This document shows positions 26,595 to 34,162 of a DNA stretch of 64,000 nucleotides, one piece after another. Position numbers and translations under genes: made by a program. The DNA lies in assembly GCA_018969385.1 (NCBI GenBank), contig JAGWYL010000002.1, positions 289 through 64,288 of the forward strand, given 5' to 3'. This DNA comes from Patescibacteria group bacterium. GTDB lineage: Bacteria > Patescibacteriota > Minisyncoccia > Phycocordibacterales > Phycocordibacteraceae. Position 1 is the first letter of the stretch; each line of letters opens with the position of its first letter. The notes under the pieces are model-generated. The model saw only the letters and a list, made by a program, of their open reading frames with translations. It had not been told where the DNA came from and did no database searches.

Positions 26595-28583
26595 ATGGCT
26601 CCCTCCGTTTTCGGACTGCTGTTCGTCGCTGCGCTCGTGCTGCCGCTTCTCGGGAGCGCCGCGGCGCTCCTTGCGCGCCGCGCGGGGTGGGGCAATGCGC
26701 TTTCCCAATACCTTTTCATGCTTTCGGGCGTCCTAGGACTCGCCGCGCTCGCCGGCTACTTCACGGCGCTTCACGCCGCATCCTCGGTCGTGCTTCTTAG
26801 TTCGCCCGTCCTCGCGTTTTCGGTGACGCCGCTTAGCGCGTTCTTCCTCCTCATCGTGTACCTCGGGACGTTCATCACGTCGCTCTACGCGCTCGGCTAT
26901 CTGCCGCTCTATGCGGACGCGTATTCGGTGCCGCTTACGAACGCGGTGTCCGGCGTATTCCTCTTCGCGCTCGCCGCGGTGCTTCTTTCGACGACGGTAT
27001 TCACCTTCCTCCTGTCCTGGGAACTCATGTCGCTTTCGGCATACTTCCTCGTCATCGCCGACCGGAGCCCCGAGTCGCTTTCCGCCGGCTTCCTGTACCT
27101 CGTGATGACGCACATCGGGTTCGCCTGCCTTTCCGCCGGCTTCCTGCTCCTTAGCGGAGGCCACGCGTTCATCTCGTTCGACGGCGTGCGCGAGGTGGCG
27201 CGGCAGCTGAATCCGGCCGCGCTCGCCGCAGCGTTCGCGCTCCTCTTCATAGGATTCGGCTCGAAGGCGGGTCTCGTGCCGCTCCATCAGTGGCTCCCGT
27301 ACGCGCATCCGCAAGCGCCGAGCCACAGCTCCGCACTCCTTTCCGGAACCATGCTCAAGGTCGCGCTCTACGGCTTCCTTCTCGCGCTCACGCTCTTTCC
27401 CGGCATACCGGCATCCTGGGCGTTTACGGTCGCGGCGGTCGGCCTCATCTCCGCCTTCTTCGGCGCTCTGTCCGCCGCCGTCGAGCATGACGCGAAGCGG
27501 CTCCTCGCGTGGAGCAGCGTCGAGAACATGGGGCTCATCTTTTCCGGCGTCGGCATAGCGCTCGTCCTCCACGGCCTTTCCATGCCGCTTTCGGGCGCGC
27601 TCGCCGCCGCGTTCGCGCTCTTCGTCGCGTTCCATGTCCTCAATCATTTCGCGTTCAAGACCGGACTCTTCCTCGCGACCGGCGCGATGGTCGCGAAGAC
27701 GCATACGCGCGACCTCGACCTCTACGGCGGGCTCGCGGGGAAGTGGCCGGCGTTTTCCGGCGTCTTCCTCGTGCTCGTCATCGCCGCCGCCGCGCTCCCG
27801 CCTTCGGGGACCTTCTTCGGCGAATGGCTCTACCTGCAATCGCTCGCTGCGGCGCTCCGCTTCTCGTCGCCGCTTCTCGTCGCTTCGGCCGCCGCGGCGC
27901 TCGGCCTTGCGGCGCTCGTCGGCGGCCTCGCGCTCTTCGCGTTCGTGAAGTTCTTCAGTGCCGCGTTCCTCGGCAGAGCGCGGAGCGAACATGCGGAAGC
28001 GGCGGAACCGATGCCCGTCCTGCTCCTCGTCCCGCCGCTCCTATGCGCCGCGTTCTCGGTCCTGCTCGGCCTGTTCGGCCTGCCCGTACTTTCCGCTGCG
28101 ACTGCGGGGTTCGGTTCACTCGTCCCCGTCACCACGGTCGTACCCGGCGCGTCGATGAGCGCCTGGTTCGTGTTCGCGCTTCTCGCCTTCGCGTCCGCTT
28201 TCGCGTTCATCGCTTATCGCGTCTTCGCCCGGAACCGGACCGTGCGCCGGACTGAAACCTGGGACTGCGGTACGCCGCTTACGCCGCGCATGGAGTACAC
28301 GGCGACCGGGTTCTCGGCGCCCATGCGCTTCTTCTTCCGCGGGCTGGTCATGGCGCAGAAGGAGATACTCGCGGAAGCGGTCGTGCCCGGGAATCCGTGG
28401 ATCGCGAACCGGCGCATCGAGTGGAGCATCGCTTCCGTCTGGGAGGCGTGGCTGTACCGGCGCATCGCTCGCGGCATCGTATCCGTCGCCGCGTTCGTGA
28501 AGCGGCTTCAGAACGGCGTCATCCAGCTCTACCTCTTATTCGTGCTCCTCGCGCTCATCATCGTCGTACTCGTCGCCCTATGA
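26595..28583 (+). CDS. NuoL/HyfB/MrpA-like antiporter-type membrane subunit
   Basis: 662-aa polytopic membrane protein with the complex-I antiporter-like fold (LPYAHPQAPSHSSALLSGTMLKVALYG). Confidence 0.85.
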   Translation: MAPSVFGLLFVAALVLPLLGSAAALLARRAGWGNALSQYLFMLSGVLGLAALAGYFTALHAASSVVLLSSPVLAFSVTPLSAFFLLIVYLGTFITSLYALGYLPLYADAYSVPLTNAVSGVFLFALAAVLLSTTVFTFLLSWELMSLSAYFLVIADRSPESLSAGFLYLVMTHIGFACLSAGFLLLSGGHAFISFDGVREVARQLNPAALAAAFALLFIGFGSKAGLVPLHQWLPYAHPQAPSHSSALLSGTMLKVALYGFLLALTLFPGIPASWAFTVAAVGLISAFFGALSAAVEHDAKRLLAWSSVENMGLIFSGVGIALVLHGLSMPLSGALAAAFALFVAFHVLNHFAFKTGLFLATGAMVAKTHTRDLDLYGGLAGKWPAFSGVFLVLVIAAAALPPSGTFFGEWLYLQSLAAALRFSSPLLVASAAAALGLAALVGGLALFAFVKFFSAAFLGRARSEHAEAAEPMPVLLLVPPLLCAAFSVLLGLFGLPVLSAATAGFGSLVPVTTVVPGASMSAWFVFALLAFASAFAFIAYRVFARNRTVRRTETWDCGTPLTPRMEYTATGFSAPMRFFFRGLVMAQKEILAEAVVPGNPWIANRRIEWSIASVWEAWLYRRIARGIVSVAAFVKRLQNGVIQLYLLFVLLALIIVVLVAL

Positions 28584-29527
28584 CCTTCTTCCTCGCCATC
28601 CTTGACGGGCTCATCGTCCTCCTTCTCGCGCCGCTTACGGTCGGCTTCGTCCGGCTCGCGAAAGCGCGTTTCCAGAACCGCCGCGGCGCGCCCGTCTACC
28701 TTCCGTACCTCACGCTCCTCTCTCTCATGCGCAAGGAGATGACCGTGACGAAGCACAGCTCATGGGTATTCGCCGCCGCGCCGTTTTTCGTACTCGCCTC
28801 CGCTATCGCGCTCGCGTTCATCGTTCCGACCGCCGCCGCGGGCGTTCTTCCCGATTTCGCGAGCAACCTGTTCCTCGTCGGCGGCATCGCGGCGTTCGGC
28901 TCCGTCTTCCTCGCCATGGGCGGCATGGACGCGGCGAGCACGTTCGGCAACATGGGCGCAAGCCGCGAGATGACGCTCGCGGCGTTCGTCGAGCCGGCGT
29001 TCTATATGGGATTCTCGGCGCTCGCGCTCGTCGGCGGGACGTGGAGCCTCGACGGCATCCTCCGGCATCTCGCGTCGCTCCCGTGGAGCGCGGGCGTTCC
29101 CGCCGCGAGCATCGCGCTCGTGGCGCTCGTGTTCGTCACGCTCGCGGAGAACGCGCGCTATCCGGTCGATAATCCGGCGACGCATCTCGAGCTCACGATG
29201 GTGCACGAAGCGATGCTGCTCGAATATTCCGGACCGTCGCTCGCGCTCCTCGAATACGCGTCGGCGGTGAAGCTCACGGTGATGCTCGGGCTCGTCGCGA
29301 GCCTCTCCCTGCCGTTCTTCCTCATACAGCCGCCGGTCACCGCGCTCGGCCTCGTGCTCGGCGTTCTCGCGCTCATCGCGAAACTCGCGCTCGCCGCGTT
29401 CGTGCTCGCGTTCATCGAGTCCACGTTCGTGAAGATGCGCTTCTACCGCATGCAGGAATACTTCTCGCTCGCGTTCATCGTCGCGCTCGCCGGACTCCTG
29501 CTCGCGCTCATAAGCATGACCCGCTGA
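28580..29527 (+). CDS. NuoH/HyfC/HycD-like membrane subunit
   Basis: ATGA overlap with the upstream stop; MTFFLAILDGL N-terminus and polytopic profile typical of formate hydrogenlyase subunit 4. Confidence 0.8.
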   Translation: MTFFLAILDGLIVLLLAPLTVGFVRLAKARFQNRRGAPVYLPYLTLLSLMRKEMTVTKHSSWVFAAAPFFVLASAIALAFIVPTAAAGVLPDFASNLFLVGGIAAFGSVFLAMGGMDAASTFGNMGASREMTLAAFVEPAFYMGFSALALVGGTWSLDGILRHLASLPWSAGVPAASIALVALVFVTLAENARYPVDNPATHLELTMVHEAMLLEYSGPSLALLEYASAVKLTVMLGLVASLSLPFFLIQPPVTALGLVLGVLALIAKLALAAFVLAFIESTFVKMRFYRMQEYFSLAFIVALAGLLLALISMTR

Positions 29528-29530
29528 CCT

Positions 29531-30172
29531 ATGACTCCCACCGTCCTATCCGCTTCCTTGCTCGGCGCCATGCTGGTCGCGTCTTTGCTCATGGAAAGCC
29601 GCATGCGCCTCACGTCCTTGGTCACGCTCTTCCGCGTGCAGTCGGCGTTCCTCGGTTTCTACGCGCTCTTGCTCGCGTATGCGGAAGGAGCGATACATCT
29701 TGCGGTCATCGCGCTCCTCATACTCGCCTTGAAGGCGTTCGTCATACCGGAATTCCTGCTCAGGGTCGCGCGCGCGAGCGGCGCGTCCGAGCGGCTCGAG
29801 GCGTACGTGCGCCCGACGACGCTCTCGTTCGCAGGCCTCCTCGTCGTCGGACTCGCGTTCGCGGCTACGAACCTGCTCCTGCCGGACGGCCACTACTTCG
29901 CCGCCGCCGTGTCCCTCTCGCTCGTGATGCTCGGGTTCTTGCTCCTCGTTTCCCGCAAGGACATGTTCGGGCAGGGAATCGGTTTCCTCGGCATGGAGAA
30001 CGGCATCTTCATATTCGGGCTCGCGCTCACGGGCGGCATGCCGCTTCTGGTGGAGCTCTCCGCGCTGTTCGACCTGCTCATCCTCTTCATCCTCGTCGCC
30101 GCGCTCGTGCGCCGCGCGCAGCACGAGCACTCCTCCGTGGGGACGGACCTCTTGCGGACGCTTACCGACTAA
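29531..30172 (+). CDS. HyfE-like small membrane subunit
   Basis: 213-aa polytopic protein in the position and size of hydrogenase-4 component E. Confidence 0.7.
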   Translation: MTPTVLSASLLGAMLVASLLMESRMRLTSLVTLFRVQSAFLGFYALLLAYAEGAIHLAVIALLILALKAFVIPEFLLRVARASGASERLEAYVRPTTLSFAGLLVVGLAFAATNLLLPDGHYFAAAVSLSLVMLGFLLLVSRKDMFGQGIGFLGMENGIFIFGLALTGGMPLLVELSALFDLLILFILVAALVRRAQHEHSSVGTDLLRTLTD

Positions 30173-30185
30173 TCGCGATTTCCGT

Positions 30186-31658
30186 ATGACGATACTCGCG
30201 CTCATCCTCCTCTCGATACTCTCCGGCGTCCTGCCGTTCTTCGCGCGGCGCTTCGAGACCGTTACGGCGCTCGCGCTTCTCGGCAGCTCCGGCGTCGCCG
30301 CGCTGTCCGCCGTCGTCGGCATGCCGGCGCTGCTCGGCGCCTCGGCGCTTTCGGGCGGCGGCCTCTGGTACGTCGATCCGTTCGGCGGCCTCCTGGTGCT
30401 CCTCATCGGATTCATGCAGTGGACCGCGACGATGGCGAGCGTGCCGTACCTCGGCGAGGAAGTCCGGAAGGGCATCACGTCTCTTGCGCGCACGAAGCGC
30501 TATTTCGCGCTTCTCGCGCTCTTCGTCCTTTCGATGCTCGTCACCGTCGTCTCGAACAACCTCGGCTTCATGTGGGTGGCGCTCGAAGCGACGACGCTCA
30601 CGACGACGCTCCTCGTCGCGTTCTACGACCGCAAGGGTTCGGTGGAAGCGGCCTGGAAGTATCTCATCCTGTGTTCGACCGGCATCTCCCTCGGTCTCAT
30701 CGGCCTCCTCATGACCTACTACGCCGCATCCTCCGTGATGGCCGGCGGCGCGACGCTCGACTGGACGACGCTTGCCGCTTCTGCGCACGCGTTCCCGGCG
30801 AGCATCATGCGCATCGCGTTCGCGTTCATCCTCATAGGCTTCGGCACGAAAGCCGGCCTCGTGCCGATGCATGCCTGGCTCCCCGACGCGCACTCGAGCG
30901 CGCCGTCGCCCGTGTCGGGCCTGCTTTCGGGCGTGCTCCTCAACGCCGCGCTCTTCGCCGTGCTCCGCTACAAGGCGCTCGCCGACCTTTCCGCCGGGGG
31001 AAGCGGATGGACGAACGGCCTCCTCCTCGGGTTCGGCGTGCTTACCGTGGCGGTACCGGCGGCGTTCATCATCTTCCAGGCGGACTACAAGCGGCTCCTC
31101 GCGTACTCGAGCGTCGAGCACATGGGACTCATCACGTTCTCGACCGGTCTCGGCGTCGCGGGCCCTCTGATAGCGGTCATCCACATCATCGGCCACGCGC
31201 TCACGAAATCGATGCTCTTCATCGGTGCGGGGAACATCCTGCATCGCTATGAGAGCACGAAGTTCGCGAATGTCGGCGCGGTCATGCGGGTGCTTCCGTA
31301 CACCGGCGCGTTCTTCCTCGCGGGCATACTGCTCCTCCTTGCCGCGCCGCTCTCTCCGCTCTTCGTGAGCGAGTACTTCATAGTGTCCGCCGCCGTCGCG
31401 ACGCATCCGCTCTACACGCTCATCATCCTCTTCGCGCTCTCCGTCATCTTTGCCGGGTTCCTGCATCTTTTCGCGCCGCTCCTCTTCACCGCGCCTTCGC
31501 GCGGCGCCGAAGCGCTCGCGGAAAAGACGGGAGAGCGCTGGAATATCTCCCACACCGCCATGCTGCTCCACATCGTGCTCCTGCTCGCGTTCGGCGCGTT
31601 CCTCCTCACGGGCGCGGCGTACCCGCTCCTTGAGCATGTCGCCGCTTCCATAACCTGA
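30186..31658 (+). CDS. NuoN/NuoM/HyfF-like antiporter-type membrane subunit
   Basis: 490 aa; LVPMHAWLPDAHSSAPSPVSGLLSGVLLNAALF matches the NuoM/N conserved core. Confidence 0.85.
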   Translation: MTILALILLSILSGVLPFFARRFETVTALALLGSSGVAALSAVVGMPALLGASALSGGGLWYVDPFGGLLVLLIGFMQWTATMASVPYLGEEVRKGITSLARTKRYFALLALFVLSMLVTVVSNNLGFMWVALEATTLTTTLLVAFYDRKGSVEAAWKYLILCSTGISLGLIGLLMTYYAASSVMAGGATLDWTTLAASAHAFPASIMRIAFAFILIGFGTKAGLVPMHAWLPDAHSSAPSPVSGLLSGVLLNAALFAVLRYKALADLSAGGSGWTNGLLLGFGVLTVAVPAAFIIFQADYKRLLAYSSVEHMGLITFSTGLGVAGPLIAVIHIIGHALTKSMLFIGAGNILHRYESTKFANVGAVMRVLPYTGAFFLAGILLLLAAPLSPLFVSEYFIVSAAVATHPLYTLIILFALSVIFAGFLHLFAPLLFTAPSRGAEALAEKTGERWNISHTAMLLHIVLLLAFGAFLLTGAAYPLLEHVAASIT

Positions 31659-31664
31659 TCCGCC

Positions 31665-33206
31665 ATGACCATCGACTCGCTGCGTTCTTCGCTCCGGCTT
31701 CCCGCGCTTACGCTCTTCGGCGCGACCGTCGTCCCCTCGGCCGAACTTCCGGCCTACGCCGACGCCTGCGCGGCGCACGGCGCGCCGCTCGTGTTCATGT
31801 ACGGGACGGACGAGCGCGCGGCGGGAATCGGATTCGCGGTGCATGCGGTCTTCGCGCTTCCCGGAAGCGGCTTCGTGACGCTCCGCAGCGTGCTTCCCGC
31901 CGAGAAACCATCCTATCCTTCGCTCACGCGCACCATAATGGCGGCGCACTGGTTCGAGCGGCTCATGCAGGACCAGTTCGGCATCATCGCCGAGGGACAT
32001 CCGGACCCGCGCCGTCTCATCCATCACGAGAACGTGCCGGAAGGAACGTATCCGCTCCGGAAGGATTTCGCCTGGGATGCGAAGCTTCCGCACGCGGACG
32101 TCCCGTATCCCATGCACCGGGTCGAGGGGCGCGGCGTCTACGAGATTCCGGTCGGACCGATACACGCGGGAGTCATCGAGCCCGGCCACTTCCGTTTCAA
32201 CGTACGCGGCGAGCGCATCCTCTCGCTCGAAGGGAAGCTCTTCTTCACGCATAAGGGGGTCGAGAAGCTCGTCGAAGGGAAGACGCCCGCCGAGGCGCTC
32301 CCGTTCATTGAGCGTATCTCGGGCGACATGCCGGTAGCGCATACGCTCGCGTTCGCCGAAGCGGTCGAACGGGCAAGCTGCATCAGTGTGCCGAAGCGCG
32401 CGCGCATGCTCCGCGTCGTCTGGAGCGAGCTCGAGCGCATCACCATGCATCTTTTCGATATGGGAAATATGGGCGGGAACGGGACCGGGTTCACCTTCAT
32501 GGCTGCGCAAGGATTCCGCATGGTGGAGGAGATGCGGCGGATGCACGCGTCGCTTGCCGGACATCGGTACCTCCGCGGCGCGGTGACGCCGGGAGGCGCG
32601 CACGACCTTTCGCAGGAGGCCGCGGCAGGCATGCTTAGGACGCTCGCGCGTATCGAGCGGGACATGAAGGACGTGCTCAAGATCGCGTACGGGACGGACG
32701 GTCTCATGGAGCGGTTCGAGACGACCGGCGTCCTGTCGCGCGCCGCCGCGCTGGCCTACGGCGCGCGCGGCATAGCCGCGCGCGCATCCGGCGTCGACAC
32801 GGATGCTAGGCGCGATTACCCCTACGCGGCCTACGACGAGCTCGCGGTGAACGTCGTCACCGAGAAAGCGGGCGACGTGGCCGCGCGCTTCAAGGTCCGC
32901 GCGCGCGAATTCGAAGAATCGCTCCGGCTCGTCCGCGCCGCGCTCGCCGCGCTCCCGGAAGGGAAGGCGCAAGCCCCGGCCATCGCCAAGGAAGGCGCCG
33001 CGCTTGCCGCCGTCGAAAGCTGGCGCGGCACGATATACGACTGGGTGCGCATCGGCGCGGACGGGCGCATCGACCGCGCTGCGATTTCGGATCCCTCGTT
33101 CTCGAACTGGCCGCTATTCGGCGAGATAGGTCCCGGCAATATCGTCCCTGATTTCCCGCTCTGCAACAAGAGCCTCAACCTCTCTTACTCAGGCACGGAC
33201 TTGTAA
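31665..33206 (+). CDS. NuoC-NuoD fused / HycE-like large subunit homolog lacking NiFe-binding cysteines (Ehr-type)
   Basis: N-terminal NuoC-like AAHWFERLMQDQFGIIAEGHPDPRRLI. L1 motif region reads RISGDMPVAH (canonical RxCGxCxxxH) and the C-terminal L2 region reads SLNLSYSGTDL (canonical DPCxxCxxR). Confidence 0.85.
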   Translation: MTIDSLRSSLRLPALTLFGATVVPSAELPAYADACAAHGAPLVFMYGTDERAAGIGFAVHAVFALPGSGFVTLRSVLPAEKPSYPSLTRTIMAAHWFERLMQDQFGIIAEGHPDPRRLIHHENVPEGTYPLRKDFAWDAKLPHADVPYPMHRVEGRGVYEIPVGPIHAGVIEPGHFRFNVRGERILSLEGKLFFTHKGVEKLVEGKTPAEALPFIERISGDMPVAHTLAFAEAVERASCISVPKRARMLRVVWSELERITMHLFDMGNMGGNGTGFTFMAAQGFRMVEEMRRMHASLAGHRYLRGAVTPGGAHDLSQEAAAGMLRTLARIERDMKDVLKIAYGTDGLMERFETTGVLSRAAALAYGARGIAARASGVDTDARRDYPYAAYDELAVNVVTEKAGDVAARFKVRAREFEESLRLVRAALAALPEGKAQAPAIAKEGAALAAVESWRGTIYDWVRIGADGRIDRAAISDPSFSNWPLFGEIGPGNIVPDFPLCNKSLNLSYSGTDL

Positions 33207-33298
33207 GATTCCGGAACTCGCCGCGGGATGCGCGGTTCGGAAGCCTGAAGAGAGTTCGCTTCCGAACCGCGCATCCCTGGCCGAAGGCTTGAAATACG
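33207..33298. repeat. palindromic MITE/REP-like element, copy E3, immediately 3' of the hydrogenase-like cluster, inverted relative to E2
   Basis: Stem gggatgcgcggttcggaagc / gcttccgaaccgcgcatccc; loop ctgaagagagttc is the reverse complement of the E2 loop. Confidence 0.8.
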
Positions 33299-33312
33299 CT
33301 TCCGTCTGCTTA

Positions 33313-33356
33313 TAAAAAACTCGTGCCTCCTCCCGAACATTCGGAGAGGAGGCACG
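33313..33356 (-). terminator. intrinsic terminator for the minus-strand gene 33375..34058
   Basis: 11-bp stem cgtgcctcctc / gaggaggcacg with loop ccgaacattcgg, preceded on plus by aaaaaa (U-tract on the minus strand). Confidence 0.6.
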
Positions 33357-33374
33357 TATGCTTTGAGGGGTCGC

Positions 33375-34058
33375 TCAAGCGGCTTTCGCCTTCTCGAACG
33401 CCCCGCCGACGTACTGTTTGATCTCGCTTTTCTTCTTGGCCAGCGACCAGGAAGTCGCGAGGCGCAACGGGACGTGCTGTCCGGTATTCGGGTCGTAGTA
33501 GTGCTTCATCACCGTCTGTTCGTTGTTCACGAACCTGACGACGATGTCGCGCTCGCCGACCCGGCGATGCCGCATGCAGATGGTGTCCACGTCGGGCTGC
33601 GGCGGGATGATGTAATACGGAGGTACGAGGTACCCGGCCTTCTTGAGTTCCTTCACCATGGAGTGATGGACCCCGAGTACGGCCAGGATTTCCTCTTCGC
33701 TCATGCATGCGGCACAAGCGTTCAACGCTACATCAAGCCCGTTCCCTAGCGTGACGGGAATCTCTCCCGCCGCCAGGCATTCGAGTATGCGCTTCCAGAG
33801 CAGCACGTAGTGGCCCCACGCCTTGTAGAGTGCGGGAATGGGCTCTAGGTCCCACTCGCCGCGGTCCTCCGCAAGCGGGTGCGGTATCGGTTCGCAGGCG
33901 GCGCCCAGAAACCTAAAAGTATTCTGAGGAAAGGCTTCCTCAAGGATAGGTCTAAGTTCCTGGTCGTAGAATGTCCGGCGGCCGGAGTTGCGCGGTCCGC
34001 CGACGGACAGTACTACCGCCCCGTTCAAAAGATCATTTCCAAACGTCATTCGTCTCAT
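33375..34058 (-). CDS. hypothetical protein
   Basis: Start moved to the internal ATG (MRRMTF) preceded by a purine-rich RBS (gagggtgaagg); followed by a terminator; no motif recognised. Confidence 0.5.
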   Translation of the reverse strand: MRRMTFGNDLLNGAVVLSVGGPRNSGRRTFYDQELRPILEEAFPQNTFRFLGAACEPIPHPLAEDRGEWDLEPIPALYKAWGHYVLLWKRILECLAAGEIPVTLGNGLDVALNACAACMSEEEILAVLGVHHSMVKELKKAGYLVPPYYIIPPQPDVDTICMRHRRVGERDIVVRFVNNEQTVMKHYYDPNTGQHVPLRLATSWSLAKKKSEIKQYVGGAFEKAKAA

Positions 34059-34162
34059 TACCTTCACCCTCACTTGATTGACGTACTCGGGAGTATGCCT
34101 CAAATGCGGCCAGAAATCAACGGTTTCGGCCTGGATATCCCGTGCGGTACACTCATAGGGAC

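Noticed and set aside
26733-27992. 419-aa minus-strand Arg/Glu-rich ORF inside the NuoL-like gene
   Set aside because: Antisense artefact: repetitive charged composition, no motif, and the sense strand encodes a coherent 14+ TM protein.
30162-32972. 936-aa minus-strand ORF across the NuoN-like and large-subunit genes
   Set aside because: Antisense artefact spanning two well-supported sense genes.
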